64,000 nucleotides of DNA from Bugula neritina (GCA_964035545.1 OZ037767.1:15318998-15382997), one strand, 5' to 3'. Numbered from the stretch's first letter, positions 37,650 to 50,387 are shown. Numbers and translations: made by a program. Notes: generated from the letters alone by a model not told the origin.

Positions 37650-40600
37650 TTAGAATGTCAACGTAAGTGAGGCAAAGACATGTGTTGAAGAATTATTCAC
37701 TTGTTTTTCTTCATTCCAAAAATGGTAAGCTTTTTTCACTTTTGACCAATCAGTGACTGCTTCACATAAATCGCCAAGCGCAGACAAGCCTCCTTTCTTT
37801 GCCTTGTCCATCCATTGTCCAATTATCTGAAATTTATATTATGTGGGAAGTTTAAATAAAAATGCATTATAGTACCAATGTTTATATATCATTATAGAAA
37901 AAATATTATAAGATTGTAATACTAGCACTTGTTTTGTGGCTTCTATGAAACATAATTATTAAGCAACTGGCAAAAACGTTTTTTATGCTATAGTTATTAA
38001 AAACTCGGCAAAAATAATCAAATTATTTCTGCATGGTCCTATACTTTGTATACTATGTTATATATAAAAATGTATAACGCTATAAACTTCAATTACAAGA
38101 AGATGTTTATATGTTAATACAACTCAACTTTGTAACATGACACAAAATATGAGCCTGTTTAAAATAAACACCGTGAGGTGGTGTTAAAGCTAATGCTGAT
38201 AGTTGCATAGTTTTCAATACAATAATTCTTGTTTATAGAAAGTTCTTGTGGCATTATAACAGCACAACTTTAGATGTTAGGTTTATACTACTTCTAGAAA
38301 TCACAAAAATCAATGCCTGTAAACAAAAGTACGGTTGTTGCTTTTATTATGATATAACTAGGATATGTAAGTTAAAAGTCTACCTCATCTAGTTTATCTT
38401 TATCCAGTACATTCAGGTAGTAGATGTATCTGAATCTGTCAATAGTTTTACGACATTTCCCTGTTGGTTTAAGAGCATCATGTATAGACTTGGCTCTTTT
38501 ACTAGCCAGTTGGTTATGTACGTATTCCATCAACTGTACAGCCTGTTCAGGTGTTTGTACTGCAAGGAACACAGGATAAAATATTTACATATTAAGCTAT
38601 GAGAAGATATGAGTATTAGTATTATATCTCTGCTATAGGAGATAGTACTGAGAGTAATATAACAGCTGGTCATATATATCAAACTCTAGAGTTGCCTTTT
38701 CATCTCATATATAGTAAGAGTTGTCTTATCTCAGTATATATAGTAAGAGTTGTCTTATCTCATTATATATAGCAAGAGTTGCCTTTTCATCTTATATATA
38801 GTAAGAGTTGTCTTATCTTATTATATATAGTAAGAGTTATCTTATCTTATTATATATAGTAAGAGTTATCTTATCTTATTATATATAGTAAGAGTTGTCT
38901 TATCTTATTATATATAGTAAGAGTTATCTTATCTTATTATATATAGTAAAAGTTATCTTATCTTATTATATATAGTAAGAGTTGTCTTATCTTATTATAT
39001 ATAGTAAGAGTTGTCTTATCTAATTATATATAGTAAGAGTTATCTTATCTTATTATATATAGTAAGAGTTGTCTTATCTTATTATATATAGTAAGAGTTG
39101 TCTTATCTTATTATATATAGTAAGAGTTGTCTTATCTTATTATATATAGTAAGAGTTGTCTTATCTTATTATATATAGTAAGAGTTGTCATACCATATTG
39201 GAAACTTGTTGCAGCATTAGGAGCTGACAAATCTTGGCCAGCCTGCTTGTCACTGACTCTTTCTACAAAATACACAAAAGTCATGCATGCTATCGTAATG
39301 GGTAGCCTCAAGATATAGGAAACTTTATAAATACATGTTAAATTAAAATGTAAATAGAATGTTACAATTTTATTCATGATTACTGTAATTTATTCTAACA
39401 AACCTGTAACCAGTGTTTTTTGGTTCTCAACAAATATTGAGAATGGCACATCTACTAATCCAAGTCTGAGAGAGTCAGAGCATCTTGATTTATCTAAAAT
39501 GATATAATAAAGTTTTCAAACAAAGGATTACCTACTGAAGATCCTCATTTATTTACTTTTACACGTTATGAAACAATTTTAAGTAATGTAATAAGCTGAA
39601 TAATATGGTCATTGAGATTCAGCCATATATATTACAATATTGAGCACGGATACTATGCAGTATTTGCAGTGTTGGTTTACCCAGCAGTCCCCTGTGATGT
39701 AATGGTAACAGTCTGTTGCAAGTTGGAGGTCTCGGGTTCGAATCCCACTGAGGGCAAAAGTTTTATAAGCGATTTCCACCTTTTTTGTAGTATAGTAGCA
39801 CTCCGGGGGAGTTGAGATGCCAAAGGAGCAATTGAAGACTGAAAGTGTAGAAGAAGGGCCAGTGGAGTTCTTAAGTACAAAGTGGGAAGTAGCGCTCTAG
39901 TTTACTCAGGGCCCTCTGTGGTGTATAGTAGTTGCACGCCTTCTTGCAAGCTGGAGTTCTCGGGTTTGAATCTTAGTGGGAGCAAAACTATTTTACAGTA
40001 TTTCAATTTTTAATAAAGTTTCTAAGTTAGGTTATTAGCAGATTATAATAACTTTTTGTAACATATAATACTTTTTTCAGTTTAAAATTTTAAAGTCTAA
40101 AGTCTAAAGTCTGAATTTATTTATTTTTATACTTTTACTATATACAATCACACATATGCACATTACCTTCATCAACTACACGACACAATACACCAGTTTC
40201 ACAGTCTTCCTTTATGCAACGTCTGAGATCTCCAATAGTCATGTGATCTTCAAATGAGTAGACTGTGTTCTCTCCCTGAACTTTTACAGTTACTTTACAG
40301 TTTTTCACTTTACCTGGATGAAAAACCCGTCACATGATCACATAGCCAACTTTAATCTTAGCGTAATTACACATCAACAATGTAACAAATAGGTATGTTT
40401 AGAGGCGCACACGCAAGTAACTTACTCTTGAATGGCCCATCTGATCTGGTAGGAAGTGAAACTGCTTGGTGTACCGATACAGTAGCAGGTATATCTTGAT
40501 GTGGTGCTGCAACCGCTGCATCTATTAGATAAGGAACCTCAGTTGACTGCGCCATGTTCTCCATTGTGTTTTCTGCTGACACATGTTCATGCGGCGCTTC

Positions 40601-43545
40601 AAGACCTGAAAAAGCTTGGTGTGGTGCCACAGTGTTTAACTGACTCAGTTGTGATGATCCTGTATCTGACATTAAATCATGTGAGAGAGTTATAGTCGAC
40701 TGAGTTGGTACTTCAACTGTAAAGATAATACAAATAAAATTCTAGCTATTATAAATTTTGAGGATATTGATTCACAAAAATAATCTATTCAGTAAAAAAT
40801 ATTAATATATTATGGCAGTCAATTACTATTTGTTCAACAACTCAATAATTATTTTATAATTTTCAACATTAAGGACAAATAAATTTTTATAGTAAACTGC
40901 AAGAATCAGCAAAGACTACCAGACTATACCAACTTATATAACTTACATGCAGTCCTTTGATATTTATTTGAGGGTAAAACTGTTATAGCAGGTTCTGCAG
41001 ATCTTTTGTTGTGTGAAACTTTGTTTGTTTGCTTTTTCAAGTCAAAAACTTGAATAAACGAATTGCTTTCTTGTGCGAAATCAATAACAAGAGAATTTGC
41101 ACTACTTTTAAATTTTAAATCAGATTTGTGTTCATTTTCTATTTCCCTGTTTCTAAAACTTCCTTTCTGCATTTGTACTTCTGGTGGCGCATTGTTAGGA
41201 AAGTTGGAAATTGAAGGTGGTGGCTGTTTGAACTGAGTGTCTGCTTCTCTGTGGATGTTGCTGTCACCATTCAAATGCGAAGGGTTTGTGGATGGCATGT
41301 TGAAAGATGGAGGGTTAAATAGAGACCAGTCCTTTGAATGGTTGAAAGATGGGGCATCAAATTGAGGAGGCTGAGATGGTAAGTTGGTTGTGAAATTCTC
41401 TGATCTAGGAAACCGCTGTGGTTTTGATGGTGTGGGTAGATACGGCATAGAAAAAGAACCATCAGTATTGTTCAGTGGCTGAGCATGCATGTGTTGTGAA
41501 GGGAGTTGAACCCAAGGTGGCTGAAGATGGATCAACTGTGGCGCCGTTTGAAAATGAGATGGTTGTCTTAGGTGTGGTGGTTGCAGCCAGTGCCGTGTAG
41601 AAGTTGGTTGATGTGGTAAGCCTGGCAATAACTGTGGAAACTCACCACTCTGCAAAGGATGGTGACATGTCTGCTCTTTCCAGAAATCTGCATTTAGAGA
41701 AATGTTAAACATGTATAAAATAAAATATGTGAACGGGCTATATTGGGCTTTTAAATTTATAGATTATTGCTATAGGCACTTAAATAGTATGAGTACAAAG
41801 ATTGATTACAGCAAAATGTTACATACGATTAAATGTTTTAGTTTGTGGGGTAAATAATTGTAATATAATTTACTTTTTAAAATTTTTCAAATTAGCAATT
41901 TCTTAGTTGCACGCATGGGTGATGGGGGGAGGGGCACAACGGTCATATGGGTACAAAAAGCCAGTCAAATTGTGAGAGAACTTATTGACTTAGAGTATTG
42001 TGAGTTTTTTTAATAAAAAGATACGGACATAATGGCCGGAACCGGGAAGTTGTGAAAGAGATAAAAACAACCAACTGATTATACTTATAATAGTCAACTG
42101 GTTTAGCATTTAGACAAGAGATTATTGAACTAGTTACTCAAAAACCAGAGGAATGAGAGCAAAAAACTCAACGAGCGGCTCGTTGTGCCCCCCTCCCGTA
42201 ACTCCTATTTATTATGGAATATTAATTTCATTCTTTTGCATTAGGTATGCATCATTTCTAAATTTCAGCAACGCATCCGTATTTGTTTTAAGAATAGTCA
42301 AATTGCACTCTTTTATTGACCTGATTTGTTTAATTAAAAAATGATTTATCTAGCCTATTGTTGCCTGTGACAAAGCATATTGAAAAAAATTCTGTCTTTA
42401 TCCAATTATGCTTTTTAGTCATTGGAAACATTTATTTAGCATGCTACTTAAATCATAGATGGAGAATATAAAAGCCTATCTTTTGAAACTTTATTATTTA
42501 CTTTCCATTTTTGCATGAGATTTCTTTGTACTGCTAACATAACACGATTATTTTATTTTAAGGTTAGTTGACCCAAACTAAAAAAGTTTTGTTAAAAGTA
42601 AGTAAGTCTACCTGGAACTTGATTTGTTGCATCAGCTCTTTGTTCTGTAGAGGTAATTGTATGGGGTCCAAATGTTTCATTATTTACACCAACATCTAAA
42701 GGTATTCTTTCTGCATGGTTTGATATATTGAAATGTTTTAGCTGCTGCTCTGCTGTCAGCTGACTCATCAAAAGAGTGAGAATCTCTGTTTGGTTAGTCT
42801 TAGCTGCTTCCTGTATCACTGTATTACCATCTCCATTCTGTATCTTGAGTAGCTCTACCTTCTGTTCTACTGATACACCATATAGTAGACATTTGATGAT
42901 GTCAGAATCTCCTCTGCATGCTGCATAGTGTATAGCATAAGACTCAGTTGTCTTGAGTAGCTTTACCTTCTGTTCTACGGATACACCATCTAGTAGACAT
43001 TTGATGATATGAGTATACCCTCCCTCTGCTGCAATTTCTATAGTTGTGAACCCTTCTCCATTCTCTATCTTGAGCAGCTCCACCTTCTGTTCTACTGATA
43101 CACCATCTAGTAGACATTTGACGGTGTTAGTATGTCCTCCCGATGCTGCATTGTGTATAGCTGTATCATCTCCACCGTCCTGTATCTTGAGTAGCTCTAC
43201 CTTTTGTTCTACTGATACACCATCTAGCAGACATTTGATGGTGTCAGTATGACCTTTCTTTGCTGCACAGTGTATCGCTGTACTATCTCTACCGTCCTGT
43301 ATCTTGAGTAGCTCTACCTTGTGTTCTACTGATACACCATCTAGTAGACATTTGATGGTGTCAGTATACCCTTTCTCAGCTGCCCAGTGTATTGCATCAT
43401 ATTCCTCACACAACAGTTCATATCTTTCTTCTAATGATATGAAAGGAAGGCACTTCTTCAGCTCAGTCAGAATATTTCCCTCATCATCTCTATCTCTAAT
43501 ACTAATGAGTATTTGAGTAAACTTTAGCACTTCATTCTGATTCAT
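37650..43545 (-). CDS. Ankyrin-repeat protein with Pro/Gln-rich linker and helical C-terminal domain (exons 43545-42612, 41687-40947, 40716-40426, 40313-40167, 39493-39404, 39262-39194, 38559-38384, 37826-37650; 874 aa)
   Basis: About six ankyrin repeats (TAIHxAAxxGHTDTIKCLL). All seven introns are GT-AG with compatible phases, giving a 2625-nt open spliced frame ending in TAA. Confidence 0.85.
38687..39189. repeat. 29-bp minisatellite (TTATATATAGTAAGAGTTGTCTTATCTTA)n, about 17 units, filling intron 6 of the ankyrin gene
   Basis: Direct reading; head-to-tail units with no spacers. Confidence 0.95.
39687..39984 (+). repeat. Pair of tRNA-like (SINE-head/pseudo-tRNA) units at 39687-39756 and 39911-39984 in intron 4 of the ankyrin gene
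   Basis: B-box GGTTCGAATCCC / GGTTTGAATC, A-box-like TGATGTAATGG, and shared loop TTGCAAG. Stems are imperfect. Confidence 0.65.
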
Positions 43546-46500
43546 TTTAACTGACCTTTTAGTTTTAGTAAGAACTCTCCATCTTTAGCAGCTCTTCAAA
43601 TAGACTAATATGCTAGACTAGAAAACTCTACGATACACAATTACAATGTCTATCCTCAGACTATATATAATATTATTACTAAATTATAACTTTTTTTTTC
43701 ATTTTAAGCTCTAAACTTTCACACGTGTATAACAGTAGTCGTTAACTTTTTGTAAATTACTAACCAGAATCTTCTCAATATGGCGTGCCTACTTGTGTAG
43801 CGCTTATCTATCAACTATAACTATAACTAGCCTGTACAATATGCAGTTCCGTAGTACAGGGAATTCGCGAGGAAATAGATGGGAAATTCCATTCACTCCC
43901 ATTACTCATATTATTTAGGCAGGACTATGATTTTTGGCCTGTCAACAAACGTTAGGTAACACGTCAAAGTGGAGAATACTCATAGAAACTATTATAATTA
44001 ATGGAATAAGACAACACAACTCATATTACTCAGCCTGTAGCATTCTGTAAATAATACGGCCTGACGCATCTGATGTTGTACTAACTACCAGGCAGTGGTT
44101 GTAGACAGTCATGCTATACAAAATTATAACATGCTTACATAAGCTGTTCATAATATAAAATTTGGAGTACACTGACAAACACAAATACCCAATTGGTAGA
44201 AGCTTAGTCTATATTCTAACACAGTTTTTAGACTCCTTTAAAAATGCAGCTTGTGTTAGGATATCAAATAATTTGCTTTTCTTGAACTTGTTCCCAATTT
44301 CTGTTCTATTAATATTACATTTATACATTGTACACTATCTATGCTTTATATATTATATATCATGCTATGCTTTATTTTACTATAAATGCATTGATATTTG
44401 CAATATCTATATTATTGAAACTTATAAGTACACTATTCGTATGCTGTCAACACCCTATAAGATTTCATTGATATATTACATAGTATGAATAACTTAATAG
44501 CAGAGGTTGGCTGTATCTGTTGTAGGTTCTGGCCGTGTGACTTTCAGCTGCCATGACAGCTACAGAAATGCACTTGGCGCTGCTTTTGTGGAAATAAAAA
44601 CCCCAAAGTTTACTAGGAAGGTATTTACCACAAAAACATGCTCCGCATACCTGTTATAGTGTTCAAAGTTATGTTTTTATGTAAATTGATATAATATTTT
44701 TCATTACCTTTTTTGGTTTCAATTACTATATATTTGAATTTTTGCAAGCTTGTAGTGCAATTATGGAGCTAAACTGTGTATTTTACTCAAATAACTTGCA
44801 GGTACAACTAGACCCTTACTTCGAGGAATCTATCTGTTATGTGTGCAGGATCAGTTTGGGGCCCTACTTTTGCAGACATCCAACGTGCTCCAAGGTAACA
44901 CAATTCCTCGATTATCTTGAGGAAAATTAGCTTTGCTTCTAAACTAAGAGAAAATATATTTGACAAGTATAAGTATTTAATTATTTAATTTAAGTTTTTA
45001 TTTAATTTAATTTAATTATTTAATGCTATAAAGTTTTATAAGACTTTTTAGCAGCTCAAGATTTGCTCATAAAATAAATTTAATAATCTTGAAAGTGCAA
45101 CTGCTATAATTGTTACCATAATTTATGTAATTATGATATATTATCTGTTGGTTAGAATAGACTTTTTCATTAAGAAAATCTTTTGGCATGTCACTTTTCC
45201 AAATTTACTGCAAACATGGTCATGAAAAATGTTGCTGCATGAGAGGTATTAGAATCTCACTTAGTTTAAGTTGTTGAATATTTTAAAGAATAGTTTTTAA
45301 TATACTGTAAAAGCATTAGTATAAGGTACAAGATTATTAATAGTAAATTAACATATAAATGCATTATTGATAATAAAAAATCTTCAACATATCAGACTTT
45401 GAAAAAGCATTACACTGCATGGCAATTATTTATTTGTCTGACTCCGCTAACTTTGCAATTATATTTTTAATAAAATTGTTCTGGTTTTATTCTCCCAGTA
45501 CTTCTGTGAACTTTGTTGGCGCTGGCAGCACGCTGACTTGGGGGAAGGAGCTCAGGCTCATCATCCTCTTACCAGAAACTCTAAAAAGAGTCGTGGTTTC
45601 TCAGAAGGAGGCTCTAGAAATGGCATTTAAATACGAAACTGTTGCATATATCTTATATGGAAGTTATGTTTAGTGTCTCATTGTTGTTTGCTCTTGTTCT
45701 GTTTATTTTGCTGTTTTGTTTGCTGCTATATTTTTCCAAGCTTTTTTTTTTAAGCCAGTGGTTTTAAGTAAAACTTCCTTTATTTCCTGTTTTAAATCCT
45801 TGCTTAGTAAACATCAAAAACAAACAAAAAATGATTAAAGGCTCCCTATAGTAAAGTGCGTAGATTTTAATAATTTAGTGAAGGCTGTTTGAAGGTATTA
45901 GAGCTGTTTATTTGCTAGTCTTAGGGGCGTAGTTTTGTATTTTGTAGAATAATATTGCCCGTTATATTATATTAAACATAAATAAAAAAATCTCTCACAT
46001 AAATCATTTGCCAACAATTAAATCTGCACCCAATACTTGAATAAGATCATAAGGAACTATATATAGTATATATATAGGCACACTGTTGAACCAACGGTGC
46101 TTCATTGTTACTCAAACACATTTGTGATGGCTGCTGTCTTTTTTGGTCTCTTGGGGGGGTCATCCAAGATTTTTACTTTTTAATGTGGATGAATAGAGTA
46201 GGACTTTGTGATCACATTGCACTTTAAATTTTTAAAATCAGTCAACTAGAACCAGAAATATGCCAGGTTATACACACAGCGGTCCACAACAAACGACTTT
46301 TATTATTGCGAGTAATTAGCAGTCAAAGTTCGGCGACTCAAAATTGTACTAAATTAGTTGTTTATCTACCTAGCAACAGTGTCTTCAATTAGCTCCATCA
46401 GCCCAAAAAATAGTTACCAGGGATGGTTTTTTATGCTGATTATGAAAATATTAATTTAAAATTCATATCTGCAATATCTTAATCATTATTTCAGAGTTGA

Positions 46501-46692
46501 TTTCAATATAATGAGAACATTTTGATGATCATCCTGAGAGATTAATACTACAATGCCACCGTGGTTTCATGATGAAATCTAACTCTTTTGTATCACTGTT
46601 GTCACTAAGTTCATCTTTACTATAATCACCACTACTCTTCAGTCCTTGTCCTTAATTTTCAATGTAGAAACATTCTTTTAAATTGTTAATAT

Positions 46693-46997
46693 TGTTAAGT
46701 TTTTCAGATTTAGGGTTGATGTGCTATCCAGAGAGTCTATTTATTTGCTATAGAACTGCACCAGGATAAGTCGAGTGAACGAGTATATTTTACACACAAT
46801 TATACATTACAAAAACGATACATTATATTCAAACAAGTTACACATCTAATCTATTTGACACTCTAGCTTCGACTGCCTTAGCAGCGGGAAACTGTAACTG
46901 CTGCTAACTATCAAACACGCTAATTGGCTATCCATTGTTCCGGGTCAATTACGCGACCCTACATGTTGTGCTGCTGGTAGTTCCACGAACCACCACA
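46693..46997 (-). repeat. 3' LTR of G2
   Basis: Direct repeat of 59317-59621 (three substitutions seen); preceded on the minus strand by PPT ctggtgggggcgg. Confidence 0.97.
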
Positions 46998-47289
46998 CCG
47001 CCCCCACCAGCAGAAAGCCCTCTTTCTGATATATATATAAAAAAACATTCATTAGTAACTACATACATCAGTGGACAAAAATAATACATAATATACAGGA
47101 AGAGACATAATAATAGGCAGAGTCATTATAACAATCTGTTACCTACAATTGACCAGCTATAGACGAGGAATATCGGCTAGCTGTGGTATTAGACAAGGAA
47201 TAACCTGTCAAGCAGTCAAGCATTTGCACGAGGTCCTGGGTTCCCCCAAGAGGATGAATTTGCAGATTATTCCGGCAGCAGAACCAGAG

Positions 47290-48105
47290 TCATTGTTGGG
47301 CACGCCGGCGCTTGGCTTGGCAGGTACGCAGTTTCCGTTTCATACGGCATACGGATCCCTTTAGCTGGAAGAGTCCTGTGGTAGTATTAAGTAGATCTGG
47401 TGCCAGCTGGGTGAATTCTTCTTGTAATCGTAGGAGGCGTTCTTTTACTGTGGCTAGGCGGACTGGGTCTGGGGACGGTGTCCGTCTGCGGCGCAAGGGG
47501 GGACTGGGGGACCTGGTTCGTCTCTTCGTCGGGGTAGGGGAGATCTCTCCTTTTTCTGGATATGTAATCTCCTCGGGGGTGTATGTAATTTGAGGGCGGT
47601 CAGACACCAACGGGGATTGTTGGCGGGCGTTGTCTAACACACGTTGGAACCCCGAGGACAGAACGGCTAACAGCATGGCCTTCTTCACCAGAGGTCGTAT
47701 AAGTGTGACGAACTCCGGGTATAGCTTAGCGTCGACCACGTAGTTTTCTCCAGGAAAACAGCCCGTCGCTCGATGTCTGGTGACGGGGTAGGGATACACA
47801 TCATTGTACCCGCAGGGGCAGAATGTTAGTAGGAGATGAGCATTGACGTGTAGTTTAAGGGAGCGGTGAGAGGCGCATTCTTCACCACAGATCTGGCATC
47901 TCGTCCGTCCACTGGACCCCCAGGCCGTTTCTATTTCTTCTTCTGTTTGTGGAGACACCCACCGCCAACGGCGGCGTAGTGGCTCAGGCCGGTCACCACT
48001 AGCATACTCCTCCGGATGCGGAGCGGGAAGTGTTCTATCCCGTACCCTGGTTGTAGCGGGTCGAGTGTAATCTGAAAAAGTTTCAACAGTGTTAATACAG
48101 TACAC
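47290..48105 (-). CDS. Retrotransposon accessory ORF3: C2H2 zinc finger, CPCG/H/C motif, Arg-Ser-Pro-rich segment, coiled coil
   Basis: CQICGEECASHRSLKLHVNAH, LTFCPCG, KRRTRSPSPPLRRRRTPSP, and heptad LATVKERLLRLQEEFTQL. Sense to pol, between IN and PPT. No ATG start; a splice acceptor tttttcag at 48072 is possible. Confidence 0.8.
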   Translation of the reverse strand: MYCINTVETFSDYTRPATTRVRDRTLPAPHPEEYASGDRPEPLRRRWRWVSPQTEEEIETAWGSSGRTRCQICGEECASHRSLKLHVNAHLLLTFCPCGYNDVYPYPVTRHRATGCFPGENYVVDAKLYPEFVTLIRPLVKKAMLLAVLSSGFQRVLDNARQQSPLVSDRPQITYTPEEITYPEKGEISPTPTKRRTRSPSPPLRRRRTPSPDPVRLATVKERLLRLQEEFTQLAPDLLNTTTGLFQLKGSVCRMKRKLRTCQAKRRRAQQ

Positions 48106-48385
48106 TGCCGTGTTGTCAGCTTGAATAGCTTGGCAACTCCTAATTCAGTTACCTCGTAGAGATTTATGGTAGTGAATAGTCAGATAGAACACGTATTGCA
48201 ATGAGATTATAAAAATCTCTAAGTCAAACTGAGTTCTTACTACGGTATTTCACTAACCTATCTCCAGCTCGGTTGACTCAGTGAGTCAGAGCTGAGCGAT
48301 GCAATCTAGTTTCGTATTAAGATATAGTTAACTCACCCCACGATCTGTTGTCGTAAGACATACTGAATGTGTGAAATGGTTTGAA

Positions 48386-50387
48386 CTAATGCTTAGAAAC
48401 ACGTCTACTCCTGACTGCATCAGCGTATGAAAAGATCGAGCAACGTGGTTGGGGTGCGTGATTAAGACTTTGTGCACCCGGCGGATGAATTTTGTTTCTC
48501 TTTCCGCCGATACAAAAGTTGATATTTCCGTGGTGTCGACAACTCCGACACTTGCTCGATACTTTTCTCGTACGGTTTTCCCCTAGACTTTCATACACGC
48601 CGCTTTTAACGCAGTCGCATATGAAGTCCTTCAAGTATGCGGGGGGTTGCCTCGTACGCTGTCCCCTTTCTAGGGGGGCTGACACGCTTGCCGGTTCGTT
48701 AGTAGGGGCCTCTAATGGCGTCTCTACTTCGCCGTCAGCGGTCACCTCTTCTTGTTCTCCGGATGGAGCCCCTCCCTCCGTGGGGGTTTGCACTTCCGGA
48801 ACCGGTTCGGTTTCTGGAAGTGATGGAATTAGACTTGGCGGTGGCGGACACGCTTCTGTTGATAAAAGCTGCCGCTCCTCTCTCACCAAGTTTTCTTCCC
48901 GCGGTATGACCACTTCGTATTCAGGTCCATGCCGCCGTCGCCCGCGCGTTGTTGTCTGCTTCCTGGGCTCTAACAACGGGGGGGCTTCTCCCACTCCGTC
49001 GGGGCTAGCCCAATACGGTTTCAAGCGAGACTCATTCTGGATAGACACCTGTCCTGAGCGCTCAATCTTGTACGTATGATTGGGCATAGCCTCGACGACC
49101 ACGTAGGGGCCTACGAACTTAGGCTTCAGTTTATCAGCCTGTCCGCGACGCCTACGGTAATTGACCATCCACACCTTATCTCCCATTTGGTAGAGAGGTG
49201 GTTCATCGGAATCTTCGTGCCGCACCTTCCACTGCTGTTGGCGCAGTATATCGTGTGCGGCCTTCATCCGTTCCACTAGTTCACTGGCATACCCCGTGAA
49301 CCGAGTTGTCTTGCTCTGGAACGTGATAGGTGAGATGGTCAAGGACACGAGTCTCTCTCTCGAGCATCAAGAGGTTTGGGGTCTCACCAGTACTGGTGTG
49401 TGGGGTGCTACGGTATGCACGCATGACTTGCGGCAACACCGTATCCCATTCCTCTTGACCTCGTCCAAGGAGGAGACTCCGGAGTGCATCACCTAGCATC
49501 CGGTTGTTGCGCTCCACCACCCCGTTACCTTGAGGGTGGTAGGGGGTGGTCCTGCTCTGATTTACTCCCCAGAGGTGACAAAGGTCGCTCATCAGTTGAG
49601 ACTGGAATTGAGCGCCTTGATCAGAGTGTATCTGTTCGGGGAGCCCAAAATAACAGAAAACATGTTGGTCTAGTGCCCTGGCCACTGTTGGGGCTAACGC
49701 ATCTGGGATAGCCAGAGCATCCGCCCACCTAGTAAAGTGGTCGGTTAGTACTAAGATCCAATTATTGCCTCTGGGGGTCAGAGGCATGGGTCCGACCAGG
49801 TCTACAGCGACTACTTGCCAGGGCCTACCAGCATATAGCCTCCGCCGTCCTGCTTCACCAGGGGGGCGGCTATGCTTACTGGCCTGGCAGATCTCACACT
49901 GTTTGACTCTGAGCCGGACGTCACGCTCCATTTGTGGCCAATACCACCGGAGTCGTAATTTGGACATCACTCTCTTGACCCCTGCGTGGGCCTGTTTGTG
50001 AGTATCCCAAATCAACTCACGGCGGATGGCCGTGGGGCAGACTACCCTCTTCCTTTCCGGGTGTCTGCCGCTGGCAGCTAGAGAGATGGTTAGTAACCCA
50101 TCCTGCTCGATCCGCAGCGAGTCCCAACGCTGACAGTATAGCCGGAACTCGGCGCATCCCTGTCGTATGCGTTCCTCGCTGGGTCGTCGCCCTTCCCTTT
50201 TGGCCCGGTATATGTCTGCCACGACTCCAGGCAGCTCTTCTTGGAGCTTCTTCAGCTCTCGAACATTACCGGCCAGTACAGGGTTGGCGCGGAGGTTTTG
50301 TACATCCTCCGGGGACTCATCAACTCTTTGCCTGAGTTGACCTTGATCCCAGTCAAACGGTGCTCCGTGATGAGCCAGCGTCTCCAA
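48386..50387 (-). pseudogene. pol: Gypsy integrase, split by a frameshift near 49290
   Basis: HHCC (HKQAH..CEIC), DDE (VAVDLVG, HSDQG, VERNNR), and GPY/F motif KPKFVGPY in the next frame. Confidence 0.92.

Noticed and set aside
38687-39189. 29-bp repeat array as a CRISPR array
   Set aside because: Units are head-to-tail with no unique spacers, the location is a eukaryotic intron, and there are no cas genes.
39687-39756. Functional tRNA-Cys(GCA)
   Set aside because: D arm and anticodon stem are imperfect and the body is not Cys-like; treated as a tRNA-derived repeat.
41925-42197. Inverted repeat gggaggggcacaacg / cgttgtgcccccctccc as MITE ends
   Set aside because: About 15 bp and imperfect, with no TSD or second copy to define an element.
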